A DNA stretch of 64,000 nt from Sphagnum compactum (taxonomy: Eukaryota), in NCBI GenBank assembly GCA_965153455.1, contig OZ234493.1:1302001-1366000 (forward strand), written 5' to 3'. Shown here piece by piece: positions 13,001-26,307 of this stretch. Position numbers and translations under genes: made by a program. Under the pieces are notes generated by a model. That model did no database searches, was not told where the DNA came from, and worked only from the letters and a program-made list of their open reading frames with translations. Position 1 is the stretch's first letter; each line of letters opens with the position of its first letter.

Positions 13001-15980
13001 CTTAAAAAAGGTTTAAAAAAAAAAGTAGGCTATATATATATATATATATATATATATGCCAGGAATCCTTTATATACCACTAGTAGCACATATTTGCAAT
13101 TTCATATTCCAATGGGTTTTACACTGGGCCACATATACCCTCCGGGTAAAATGATAAAGTAGGGTATATAGGTACAAGTGGGCAACTGTTACCCTATTCA
13201 CATGGGTAAGGGTAAATGTCATACCCGCTTTTCCCCTTTCCCCCTGTTCTGGCTGTGTTTGTTTCATTGAGTACCTACTCTATTTAATGTTTTTTTTGGT
13301 GGCAGTCTTATTAGAAAGAAAGGGAGGCTGCTGCTCAGACCCTTTAAATCTGCACCCTCCTTTCTTCTTCCATAGTGTACAGAACTCAACATCATCACCT
13401 AATTCTGAAAAATCTTCGCATCTCTGACTTGTATGTACACCTTTGGGAATCATTATAGAAGGTCGAAAACAAAGGTTGACAAATTGTTGTAATCATCCCA
13501 TTTTCTCAACCTTCATATGTTTTTTTAAAAAATTAAAAAAATTAAAAAAAATTCTATAATAATAATAAGAATTATTATTATTATTATTGTTATTCAATTT
13601 TGTGATATTTGGAGTTGGGGATCATCCATAAGCTGATTTAGCAAAATTTGGCTATTGACAAAATATGAAAGAAGAAAAAATAAATCGTCATCTATATTTT
13701 GCAACCTACTTAAACCATGTATATAAATCTGGCATTTTTAAAATATTTTTTTGAAAAAAATGATTTTTGGAAAAAATATTTATTAGAATAATCATTGAAT
13801 TTGTGATAGAAAACTCCGAAAAGCCAATGTGTTGGGATGTTGAAGAAGGGATATGTACAATTTACGTATGGTGTATTATCATGTTGAAATGGGAAGAGTA
13901 CGAGTACGAGTTCGAATTAATCTTGAAATGTGACTGTGAAAATACACTAAACTTTGAAACAAGTATGAACCCAAGTATGGCAATGGATGGATTTGTGGAG
14001 GAAAAGTATGACCAAATGTCCTTTGATACTCAAATAGTCGATGAACTCAAAGGAAATTGATGTGGGAAAGTCACACAACGGATGAAAATGAAACTACTTG
14101 GGAAAAAACAAAAACACCAAGGGCTTGTGAACTTCTTGAGGTTCCTCCATTGTCCAACTTTCTTGATTTCATCCATTTCAAAAACTTTTTCCTAATTGCA
14201 TTTTCATCCATTTTCAAACTTTCCATCCAACCCTTCAAAGGCATTTTACACAAGTTGGCAATTGAGGGTAGTTGACCGATAAAGAAGATGAATAAGTGAT
14301 GAAATCATTTCCATCATATTCAATCCACATTCATTCCATTCAAAGGATCAATCCTCAAGCAATGCACAATATCTCTTCTTAAGCAATAATACACTATACG
14401 AATTCTATCCGTTCTTTAAGTAAAATTGAATACATGTTACACACGTCGAGAATCTCAAAAAATTAAAAGCATGTACCAAATTACAAAAGATCTAATAAAT
14501 TCGTTACATCACGTTTGTTTATTTTATATGGGCAAAAGTCAATGGAAAAATTATGTAACAAAAGTTGCACAAAACAAATTCTGAAAAAAACTAAGAACTA
14601 TTAAGTGCCTTTAGTGAAAATGAAAAAAAAGAGTAGCTTATTATGCATATAAAAAATATTGAAATTTCGAAATCATGAAAAATCTAATTAACTTTAAATT
14701 GCTTGAAAGGAAACCAATTAATAATTTTAAAACAAAAATCATTTGTTTTGTGATAGCTGAAACTGAGTGTGGTTTGCTATGGTTATATGGTATAAATTTA
14801 ATGCTGGAAAAAGGAAGGCTTTGAAAGTGTAAGCTTAGGTAGGAGGTATTATGACTTAAATTGAGTTTTTTAAAGGTGAATATTTGCAATTTTAAACCTG
14901 AAACATCTCATTTCCACCTACATATTAAGGTTTTTTTAAATGGAAGAAATTGTCCAGTATCACCAGATTTTGAAAAAATAAAAATAAAAATCACAAGTGG
15001 TCTATAATAGGTTCCAGTAGTAGCCAGCAAAATTGAAAAATAAAATAAAAAATAAAAATGATTATGAATATCACTTTTTTTTTCATTCATTTTTGGGTAT
15101 TTTTTTGACCTGGAAAATCTGATTTTAACTTATTCAAAAAAATTAAATTAAAAATGGCCAAAATTTTTCCATGCAAATGACCAAATGGCCAGAGTTTTTA
15201 CAGTAGATTTCTGTAAATAACCCACTATGCTATATAGAAGGATGCTTAGATTTCATGTGAGAGAAATGATCCCCACTCTGACCCTTTTGAAAAAATTAAA
15301 AAAAATGAAAATCACTAAAGCCATGAATTTTTTCATTAAAAAAAATTGCTCTGAAATTTTTATTTTTTTTTCCTAAATTTTTTCTCAAATTGTTTTATAC
15401 AAAATAATACCCAAAAAAATCACTACAAAAGCATTCCATGGTTCAACTACATCACAAAATTGAAAAGAAAAAAACATTGGTTAAGTACCTAGTAACTTTC
15501 GGATTTCGTGGTCTTTGGGAAATGTTTTGGTTACAAATATACCATCCTAAGAACGAATTCAAGGTCTCCGAGTCCAGATTTAACATTCATCCATAGGAGG
15601 CCTCACTCAAGGAAAATGAAGGTACCATTGTAGGACCTAAGTAGTCACCGGTGTTTTTTTTGGATGAAGTTTTGTCGAATTATGATGTGAAAAATGTGAT
15701 TTCAACCTATACAAAGGAATTTTCATGAAAAAAAAGGGCCCAAATTTGCCAGATTTCAAAGCAAAAAAATAATTCCAAATTCCCAGATTTTTGTGATAAG
15801 TTTTAGTAGGTAGCCAAGAATATAGAAGGATTTGTTTTTTTTTTCTTTTTTTTTCTACTTTCATATGTAGTACGTAGCGAAATCTGGCTAAATCATCTCA
15901 TGGAATTTTTTATTTTTTTTTGGGCACTTGAACACACAAGCCTACTCAACACCCTATGTATATTAGTACCCTAATACTCC

Positions 15981-16006
15981 AACCCTAACCCTAACCCTAA
16001 CCCTAA
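15981..16006. repeat. Short interstitial (CCCTAA)n telomere-like tract
   Basis: aaccctaaccctaaccctaaccctaa. Confidence 0.7.
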
Positions 16007-16289
16007 CCTATAACCCTGTGTAATACAGACAGGGTTAAAAAAAAAGCAGGTTATGGGGAGAAAAAGGTGCCCTGGGCAGCACGCAATTTGTGTTTGGGAA
16101 AATATTGAACGGGCCACTGGGCAGGCAGACCGACAGACAGACGGACATACAGGGTAAATAGTAAAATAGAATGTGGCAGTACTTTCGTACGTCTAGCATT
16201 AAAGAGCCCTTTTGGCGTAATTAAAATTTCCCGTGGTAAAAGTTAAACCTATCTACTTAACTGCCTTAAATTGTTGCTTGGTACAGACA

Positions 16290-16650
16290 GTAGGTAGGAA
16301 AAGAAGGTAGGTAAGTAGGTAGGTAGGTAGGTAAGTGTGAAAGGGAGGTAGGAAGGAGAGGCAGCCAGGTAGGTAGAAAAAGTGGGTAAGAAGACAAGGT
16401 AGGTAGGTAGGAAGGAGAGGCAGCCAGGTAGGTAGAAAAGATGGGTAGGGAGACAAGGTAGGTAGGTAGGAAGAAAGGAGAGCCAGCCAGGTAGGTGGAA
16501 TTGTGGGTAGGAAGACAAGGTAGGTAGGTAGGTAGGAAGGAAGGAGAGCCAGACAGGCAGGTAGAAAAGCAGGGTGAGAAGTCAAGGTAGGTAGGTAGGA
16601 AGGAGAGCGAACCAGGTAGGTAGGTAGGTAGGTAGGAGAGGCAGGTAGTT
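16290..16650 (+). repeat. AGGT-rich compound minisatellite (~60-bp degenerate unit) upstream of the LRR-RLK
   Basis: Repeated aagacaaggtaggtaggtaggaaggagaggcagccaggtaggtagaaaag-like units; this explains the LPTY-rich ORFs on the minus strand. Confidence 0.85.
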
Positions 16651-17486
16651 GAATACGGAGAGAGGGAAGGAGGAATGCGCAAGCGCCCTGCTCTCCTTCT
16701 CCTTCTTCTTCTTCTTCTTCTGTGTTTTCTGTCTTTCTTGTTGTTGGTGTCAGCGGAAGGAACGGAGGATGTGCATGTAATTTGTCCGCATGAAAAAGAA
16801 CAACGACGACAACTAAGTGGGAAGGCTGAGAGAGAGACGCTTTGAACTGTTGGAAAGGCTGTGAAATGCTGTGAAATGTGGAAGAAGAAGAACAAGTGCA
16901 ACATAGAAAAAAGCCTCACTAGAAAGTAACTTGAGAGATTGTGGCAAGTAAGAAAGTGTAGTTCGCTCACTCAACCATGGGCTGGTGCTCTCACAGAGAG
17001 AGAGAGAGAGAGAGAGGTGAAGTGCAGGTGATGTGGAATGAGTTGTGAACGTTGGTCAAGAACTTCAGAGTCACTGAGTTGTGATAACCATGTATGCTTT
17101 TTTTCTCTACAAAAAGCTCTTGGCGACAAGCCTGCCTGCCTGTATTCGAAGTTAATGGAGCAGCTTTAACTTCCAGTCCAGGTGAGCTACAGAAAATCAA
17201 GCACGTCTTGTTCTTCTCTCTCTCTCATGGACACACTGCATTTGCCCTCCTGGACAGCAGCTCCCAACTTCTAAGTTAGAAGCTGATCGGCAGCCACAGC
17301 TGCTGCACAGCTTGTCATCATGTAGTAGTAGAAGAAGAAGCAACAACAACAACAACACTCGGAGGAGCGTTTGATCCGTCACACATTATGAGGAGAACAA
17401 TGCAGAAGAAGAAGAAGAAGCTTCTCCTTCTCACATGTAGTAGAAGCAGCAGCAGCAGCAGCAGCAGCTTCTTCTTCCTCTGGGCA

Positions 17487-20400
17487 ATGGGTCTTGTTTG
17501 CTTCTTCTTCTTCTTCTTCTCTATGTTGCCAATGTCGGTGAGGGGGGCATCATCATCATCAGATGCCCAGCTGCTTCTACAGTTCAAGGCAGGAATAGTG
17601 GAGCTGGGAGCTTCACAAGTGCTAGCTGATTCTTGGGTAGCAGAGAATGTGGACTCTGCAGGTTGTCCTCAAGGATGGTACGGTGTCACCTTCTCCAACC
17701 CTGGCTGCAACGTGGTTGCTCTGTCTCTCCCGGGCCTCTCGCTCTCTGGAGAGATCAAACAGTACACACTAGGGAGCCTCTCTCACCTCAATTCTCTCTC
17801 CCTTGCTCTCAATTCTCTTAATGGGTCTCTTCCTGCGGATATTGGAGCCCTCTCCCAGCTGCAATCCTTGGACCTCTCCAACAACCACCTTGCAGGTACC
17901 ATACCCCAGAGCTTTGCCAATCTGCAGAGCTTGGTGAACCTGTCACTAGCCAACAATGTTCTGCTTTCAGGAAGTATTGTCTCTGTTCTTGAGCTTCCAG
18001 AGCTGGTTTCTCTCAATCTTTCGGGCAATGCCTTGACTGAAGGGCTTGCTTTCAGTGACAATCTTGTCGAACAAGCGAAGCTGGTGACACTTGACCTCAG
18101 CAACAACCAACTGTCAGGCTCCATTGATCCTCTTCTCACATGGCTCCCTTCCCTTGCTTTCCTCAACTTATCTGGGAATGCCTTCTCCGGCACCATTCCT
18201 CCAGAATTTGGGCAGTGCTGTACCACGCTCATGGCATTGGATTTGAGCAACAATGGATTGACAGGTCCCATTCCCACCATGGATCTTATGGAATCTCTTG
18301 TTTCACTCCGCCTTGCCGGCAATGGCCTCAGCAGCTCTGTTCCTTCTCAACTCTTGAATGACCTTGCTCCTCTTCTTCAAGAACTGGATCTCAGCAGCAA
18401 CAAGCTCACAGGTAGGTGATCAATGGATGGTGCCACCCACCTTTCCCTGTTTCTTTCTTTGGTTCCACCCTTTTGTCCCTTGCACGGCTTTCATATCAAG
18501 CATTCTTTGAGTACATACATACATCAAGCAGGTCTCGTGCCGGGTGGCTGTTGGGAGTTTTCTTTTTTCTTTTTTTGTTGTGGGTTTTGTGTGGCTATGG
18601 AGATTGATGGATTGGTTGGTTTTGCAGGTAGTCTGGAGCAGGTGACATCGAGCACCTTACAAGTATTGAATCTTTCATCCAATGAACTGGAAGGTGCACT
18701 CCCGAGCAGGCTCAAGTCATGTATGGTTGTAGATCTCAGCAGCAACTTGTTTTCAGGGGGGATTTCACTTGCAAGCTGGAGTCCTGGATTGGAGATCCTG
18801 GACCTGAGCCATAACCAGCTCAATGGTACACTTGATGATGAAGCTCTGATGCAGCCTTTTCGATTACAAGCTGTCGACTTGAGTTTCAACCAGCTCACAG
18901 GCTCCATCCCATTGAAGCTTCTTTCGTCACCCTCCATCTCTCAACTCAGCTTGTCAAACAATCAATTCTCCGGAGCTATTCTGATGCAACCGTTGGGAAC
19001 AACCGCAGCAGCAGCTCCTTCTCCTCCCCTTCGGTGGCTGGATCTCTCAACCAACAACTTATCTGGTCAAATCCCTGATGCGATTGCGAGCTATCCAAAC
19101 CTGGAAGCACTGCTTCTGGATGTAAATCAGCTCTCAGGAAGCATTCCAACACAACTTTCAAACTTGTCACTCCTTCGAGAACTTGATGTTTCCAGTAACT
19201 TGTTGACTGGTGCCATCCCTGCAGACCTTCCTGCCAGCCTCCACCTCTTGAACGTTTCGCACAACAATCTTTCTGGCACTCTTCCTCCAAATCTCATGAA
19301 GCTGTTCCCGAATGCGTCATTCTTTCCAGGAAATCCTAATCTGATGCTGCCGTTGACAAGTTCTTCTTCTGACCCAGGCATACAGGTAACACTGGGGAAC
19401 AGTAAGAAAAACTCAGGTTCAGTGATTCGAGTTGGACTCATAGGCGGATGCACAGTAGGTGCAGCACTCCTCATTGCAGCAGCCTTGCTTGTTGTTTACT
19501 TCCGCAACTCCTCCAATTACACAACTATCAAGACATCAGTAAAAGTGCCAACACCACTGCTGCCTCAGGATGCAAAAGCTGTCCCCCGTGATCTTCTTCA
19601 AATGGACTCAGTTCACCCAGAGACCATCCCAGCAATAGGCTTCGATTCTTCAAAGCCTCAGTATCATCATGACTCGGAGGCTTTGGATCTGCAAAAGAGT
19701 GCAGGAGATTCACCGATATGGACAAGGTTGCGATCAGCAGGAGGATTGCTATCTTCTGCTGCTGATGATAGCTCGTCTCTCTCATCAGAGCAGCATCAGA
19801 TGGTACTGAAAGTCCATTCACCTGATCGATTGGCAGGTGACCTTTTCTTTCTGGATGGCTCTTTACTGTTCACAGCTGAAGAGTTGTCACGTGCACCAGC
19901 TGAGGTTTTGGGTCGCAGCAGCCATGGCACCTCGTACAAAGCCACTCTCGATAACGGCCATGTGCTTACAGTCAAGTGGCTACGTGAAGGTCTTGCTAAA
20001 AACAAAAAGGACTTCACACGTGAAGCCAAGCGATTCGGTGGGATCAAGCATCCTCACGTGGTGCCGATGCGAGGATACTACTGGGGTCCTCGTGAGCACG
20101 AGAAGCTTTTGTTGTCGGATTATGTCAGCACAGGGAGCTTAGCAAGTCACTTGTATGAGAAGTCAGGTGGAGTGCGAACACATCCGACTCTGACTTGGGA
20201 GCAACGACTGCAAATTGCTATAGGTGTTGCTAGTGGGTTGACATACCTTCATGGGAAGCAAGGACTAGCACATGGCAATCTCAAAGCCAGTAATGTGTTA
20301 CTCCAGGGTCCACACTTACAGGCGCGGGTTGCTGATTACAGTCTTCATCGCCTCATGACGGCTGCAGGTACTGCCAACCATATCTTGAACGCAGGTGCTC

Positions 20401-20777
20401 TGGGCTACCGATCGCCTGAGCTGGCTGCCACTCGCAAACCCAAACCTTCACTTGCAGGTGATGTTTACGCTCTGGGTGTCATCCTCATGGAGCTTCTCAC
20501 TGGCAAGGGAGCTGGCGACATCATGTCTGGCAATTCTGGGGCTGTCGATTTGCCTGACTGGGTACGCCTCATGGCTTCTGAAGGACGACCTGTTGATTGC
20601 TTTGACCGAGCCCTCATTGGTCTTCATCGAGACCAAGAACCTCTGAAAGGAATGCACGAAGTGCTCAAAATTGCACTGTTGTGCATGTCTCCACATTCAA
20701 TGAGACCCAACATGCGAGTTGTATATGATCAACTCGTTGCACTCACTTCTTCTTCTTCTTCTTCTTCTTTTTCATGA
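17487..20777 (+). CDS. LRR receptor-like (pseudo)kinase, GHR1/SIRK1 (At4g20940/At5g10020)-like; exons 17487-18411 and 18628-20777
   Basis: Signal peptide MGLVCFFFFFFSMLPMSVRG (alternative in-frame ATG at 17388), LRR N-cap CPQGWYGVTF, many plant LRRs (LxxLDLSxNxLxGxIP), TM segment VGLIGGCTVGAALLIAAALLVVYF. Kinase domain has EELSRAPAEVLGRSSHGTSYKATL, LTVKWLREG and HGNLKASN. GT-AG intron 18412-18627 joins the two long ORFs in phase. Confidence 0.93.
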
Positions 20778-21028
20778 TATCCCTGGGCTGCTTTCCTCCT
20801 GCACCCCCATCTTCTCCACCTCTAGAGTACAATACCCAATGTATTCTAGCTTGACAAAACTGCTGCTAGAACCCTTGAACCCTTGAACACTAATTGAGTT
20901 TAGGAGTTTATAAGGTTCCAAGGAATCTATATGTCTACTACATGCAAAAGCAAATTTTTTTGGGGAATTTTCTTTCTTTCTTTCTTTTTCTCCATCTTGC
21001 ATATAGAAGTGATTCTTAAGGAACAAAC

Positions 21029-21327
21029 CAGTGTTGGACCAGTATCGACTTTTGGACAACACCGATCTGGTCCTGGTATTGGGTCCAATGCTGATTTTTG
21101 CTCTGGGTCCAATGAGTCAGTCAGGTATAAACCTCGTATTGGGATTGGTACAAGGCAGGTATCCCACCTGGTAATATTACCTCAGGTCCCTTACCATTCT
21201 GGTATTGGTATAAGGCTGCTGGCATTGCATCAGGTCATATCCGACTGGTATGTTCTTAAAAAAAACCAGTACTCATATCAGCAGTGCTGCATACCCAGGT
21301 TGTAGTCTATATACCAGTACAACACTG
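21029..21327. mobile_element. hAT-type MITE (299 bp)
   Basis: Imperfect TIRs cagtgttggaccagtat / ataccagtacaacactg; perfect 8-bp TSD GAACAAAC at 21021-21028 and 21328-21335. Confidence 0.88.
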
Positions 21328-21759
21328 GAACAAACATTTGAGAGCTCAAATCTGTTTTGCATATGAAATTGAGTGCAACTCTAAACCCTAAACCATGTCA
21401 CAACCTTTCTCGGTTTTGGATGCATCATCCCAAATTCTTTTGCGTTGATGGCTGAGTTGGGTACTAAGACATAGTTTCATGGTTGCTACTAGCTTGAATG
21501 GGTTGGTTGTTTGTGCTTGTTGTTAGCAGCACCTGGCTGAGTGTTGGTGGGTCGCTCTGCAAGCCAGGTCTAACCAATGGCCCATTATTTGATGTTATTA
21601 ATCAACACGAAAACTGTCTCATCATTCTAGTTCTGAGTCAATGCCAAGCATGAACTGATGTTCTAGGTAGAATGTTTTTGGAAGCTCAAGAACAAGCTAT
21701 ATAAAATTCTTACGCACTTTGGCTTATGGAAAAATTCCCTCTTTAGAGAGTTGAACTGC

Positions 21760-22285
21760 ATGCTAAAATGGTTAGACCATACACCAAAATGCTTAAGCTA
21801 CAAGTGTAGTCCATAATGATTAGACCAAGTGCTAAAAAATGCTCAAAACATAAGCCCAAATGCTTAAGAACCTTATAACCTTAGGCTGAAATGCTTAAAC
21901 CACAACTAAAAATGCTTTTGCTGCCTACCAAAATGCTCAAACCATAAGCCAAAAATGCTTAAATCACAATAAAATAAATGCTTGAACCATAAGCCAAAAT
22001 GCTTTAGACCATCACTAAAATGCTCAAGTTATAAGCTTAGTCTAAAAATGCTTAGAACACTTGCCAATGTGCTCAAAACATAAGTCAACATGCTTAAGAA
22101 TATTACAACTTTGAACCAAAATGCTGAGGCCACCTACCAAAATGCTCAAACCATAAGCCAAAATGCTCAAACCATAAGCTATGATGCTTAAACCATAAGC
22201 CAAAATGCTTGGACCATAAGCTATGATGCTTAAACCATAAGCCAAAGTGCTTGAGAATTTTATAACCTTAGGCTAAAATGCTTTA
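21760..22285 (+). repeat. Degenerate ~21-bp tandem repeat (aaaatgcttaaaccataagcc)
   Basis: About 20 diverged copies, most homogeneous at 22140-22250. Confidence 0.85.
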
Positions 22286-24754
22286 AAGGGGAACAAGGGG
22301 GTCACTTCTATATTATTTTTTAAAGCCATGATCAAAGGTTCTTCATAAAAGTAAGAACCACCCAAGACTCGTTTGGGTGCATTTGAAGTTGCTTCGGGGT
22401 TGGGCTGAAACTCTCAAGACAACCTGAATGCACCCAACTACTACCTCTGCGCATAAGATGTTCTTTTTTAAAAGAACCAATGTAACAATATTGGATGATG
22501 TTGTATCCAACTTGAATTGAATTAAAATTAAAATTCTTGAATTAAATTCAATTGAAGAAAAATGGAATGAAAATTAGTGCAAAACATATTCAAAATCCAC
22601 TTGTGACTATGATGTTAAATTTTTAAAAAATGAAGTTTTAAAAAAAAAAGACAAATCTTTAAAATAAAACATTTCCATTCTTTTTTATTTGAGAATTAGC
22701 TAAACAACATCTAGTTAAAAAATTTCATCCAAGATGATGACTTCTGGAACCTAAAGTTAATGAATAAATTATCAATTGCGAGACGATTTGATACAACCTT
22801 AGGAATACATGGTTAGTAATAGATGAAGCTTATTAGAACAACCAATGGTGCCTTCCACTCTTTTGGTTCATGAAGGCTAGTTCCAACATCCATGACCATG
22901 GTTGGCAATAGGCCAAGCTCATTTAGAAATTAAATTCCTTTCATGATTCAACCCATTGCTCACCCTAGATTAACCAACCAATTCTAACTAGAGCAACATT
23001 TGGAACCATTGTTCCGGAGCACATGTAAAGTATATCCTTAATTGCTTACCTAAGGTATTGTCATTTATTAATATTCTCATATTTAAAGTCAACAACGAGT
23101 GTTGTCCAAGTTTTAATATACTCAACAATTCCCATTATACATCCAATCACTAACCTAGTTACATTCTTAAAAAAAAGAAAAAAAGATTTCAAATGTAAAA
23201 AGGGGAAAAAAACATGTTCCATATTGCCTATATGGATGAAAGTAAGAGGCCCTCTTTACATTATACCGAGGAACTATGACCATGGAATTGTTGAGAGCCA
23301 TCAAAATGCATCCAATTGTGAAAATTTCAAGTATCTTGTTGCCTTCTTATTTACTCATGTAATCCTCCTAAAATCCTCTTGAAAGATCAACTTACAATCC
23401 CATAGATTAAGAAAGGGTATATTATGTCATGTCCCGCATTTGGATGTCCACCAAAATGAAGTCAAAGTTTTCCTTGTCTTTTATTCTTTTGTATTAGAGA
23501 TCTTTTGCTTCACACCATTCACGGAGTATTAGCATTGCACCATATTGTGAAAGCATTTTGGCATTGTAACTTTTGTATTACCTAATCATGTTGTCATCCA
23601 ACTATGTACAAACAATATATAACATGACCCAATATTTAAAATCGACTGGTATTCAATAATTGCTTTGGATTAATTTTCAAAACAAAATTAAGAAAAAAAT
23701 AATTTTATACTCGAAAAAACATTACTTTGCCCATAGAAAGTTAATATCATCAATATATTTAATTGTAGTCAAACCAAAAATTAACACAACTAGAAAAGGA
23801 AATCATAACCTTTGAGTGTTCTACAAGATTTTTTTCTTGATTTGATTGTTCCATGTAATTGCTTCCAACACAAAACAAAGTACAATGAGTGTTATTGAAA
23901 AAGGCCAAAAAATCACACAAGAAAGCAAACAAATTTTAATGAGAAATCACAAACCAAAATGCAATTTTTATGTGCCCATCCCCTATCCCCACCTAATTAT
24001 TAGGTATTGAAGGAAGTACCATAAGAACTACCTAAGAAATGTTAGCAATTACCTTACTAGTAAATAGGGCACTAAGTGGCTACTACTAAGTAGGCGTATT
24101 TGTATCACTAGTACATAGGTATTAGATAATTGTCCAACTCATAATTATCATTTTATTATTATCTAGTTTTTTAATATATACATATTAAAGCCACCTTATC
24201 TTAATTATAATTCATTATTTCATATTATTGCATATATTATATTATAATTAAATTGATTATTTGAATAAAGTGTACCCTCTTTTTAAACTAATTAGCTTAT
24301 AATTTTTACCCAATAACCAATATATTGCACCTTATATTTTTATTCACTTATTTTCTACTTTTTTTTCCTTAGTGTTCACACCCTTTTCAATATTGTAAGG
24401 AATGGAAACCATTTGGAGGAAGAGTTTCAACTATTTTCAAAAAAATAAAATTAAAATGGTTTTGTTGATGTGAGAGTCTATTTCTTGATTTTGCGAAAAA
24501 CATTGTGATAAAAGTTTTTTGATTTCTTCAATTATGGTTGTTTTTCTTTGTTTTATGATGTTACAAAATTGCAAGTATTATCTATATGTGGCATAAAAAA
24601 ACCCAATTGTGAAAAATAAAATTTTCTAAATATTTTAAGTTAACTTTCCAATAACAACAAATTATTACTCAAACTTAAAAATTTACAAACATTGGGGCAG
24701 GGCATTTCAAAAAGAAAAAATTGTCTTTGGCTTCCTCTTGGCCTATTGGCCTTC

Positions 24755-25258
24755 GATAAGGTACCTACTCAGATCCCAAAAGGTCCTCAAGATATAGGCC
24801 TTTTCCTCCTGGTTTTAGAGTCCCTTGGGGATTTTCAGTACCAAGTTCCACTTGGCCTATCGTCCTTTAGGTAGGTACCTACTCAGATCCCAGAAGGCTC
24901 TCAAGATAGGCCTTTCTCCTTGGTTTTAGAGTCCCTTGACTGGCTTAGGTAGTAGGTACCTACACACATCTCAGAAGGTTCTCAAGATAGGCCCTTCTAC
25001 TGGTTCTGGAGTCCCTTCACTGGCTTATGTTAGGTACCTACACAGATCCCAGAAGGTTCTCAAGATGGGCCCTTCTCCTGGGTCTTAGAGTCCGGTGGCT
25101 GGCACAGGTAGGTACCTACTCAGACCCAGAAGGTTCTCAAGATAGGCCCTTCTCCTGGGTCTTAGAGTCCCTTGGCTAGCTAAGATAGGTATGTACTCAG
25201 ATCCCGGAAGGTTCTCAAGATAGGCCCTTGTCCTGGGTCTTAAGAGTCCCTTGGCTGG
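24755..25258 (+). repeat. ~78-bp tandem repeat x6 upstream of SQD2
   Basis: Unit ggtacctactcagatcccagaaggttctcaagataggcccttctcctgggtcttagagtcccttggctggc with anchors at 24760, 24874, 24955, 25033, 25111 and 25188. Confidence 0.88.
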
Positions 25259-26307
25259 CGTTTGTGGGGCCTCCTCTCTCCCTCCATCCTTTCATTGTGT
25301 AAGCACGGCAGGAAAGCGCAAGCGTTTCTCGCCGCTTCTCGTTTTGCCGCTGAACTCAAGGTCCCCGCCCGCCCGCTCGCCCGCCTTCCCCCTCTTCCTT
25401 CCTCCCTCCCTTCCTCTCGCTGGTGGCCCGCCCTCGATGCGGCCGCATCATCACAGAAGCCCCGGGGTTCTAGTTTGCGGAGGCAGGAAGTGCACTAACA
25501 AAATGCCACAAAGCAGAGATCCGTGCACATTCCTAGTATATACTGCACTGCTGCAGTTGCAAGACCTGGACGCAGCATCTAGGATCGCCCCAGAATAATA
25601 TGCCCCTCCTTCACGCAAAGGTACGCTACTGTCTGTCCCGATCTACATCAATCCGTCTGAAAGGAAAGACAGCAAGAAAGGAATCAGGAATCATCGATCT
25701 TGTGCTTTTGTTTTTCCCACCTTCTGAGCAACAGTAACAACAATTTAAAAGCAGCTGAGAAATCTTGGGAAGTTGTAACTTCCACTGCAACACCAAGCTC
25801 TCTCTATCTCTCTCAAGGAATCGGCGCCGGGTTTCCCAAATTTCCCGCAAACTACAAATCGTAGAATCGAGTCATCGTGCACGACACGCACGCGATTGAT
25901 TCTGTCTTTGTGTGAGCGGAAATCTACCTGATTGCCGCGTTGGTGAACGAAGCTCATGATTCGCTGGCATATTGGTGAAGCAGGATCGATCCATTGCGTG
26001 ACTGACTTTGGAGTGATCGTGGAGATCGGTTGAGCAAGACAGCTTCGTGAACTTGCGCGTGCACTGCATTGAGAAAATGATTATACTTCAGGATTGGTGA
26101 AGGATATTTGAAAACTTTGGCGGAAGAGCTCGTTGAGGAAGACGACAATACGAATCTTGTGAATTGGTGAGTAAGAAGACGAAGGAACTGTACTATCTCA
26201 ATCTCTGGTGTGATAGATTTTGGAGCATTTCCGTTGCGGATTGAGGAGCTAGAAGCAGGATCTTGGTGAAGGATCAGACAACGGTTGTTCTGGAGGCGAA
26301 GTCCGAA

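Noticed and set aside
16249-16970. Minus-strand ORFs up to 234 aa rich in LPTY
   Set aside because: They are translations of the AGGT minisatellite and a CTT microsatellite.
18423-18627. N-terminal part of the 784-aa ORF as a separate gene start
   Set aside because: It lies within the GT-AG intron 18412-18627 of the LRR-RLK.
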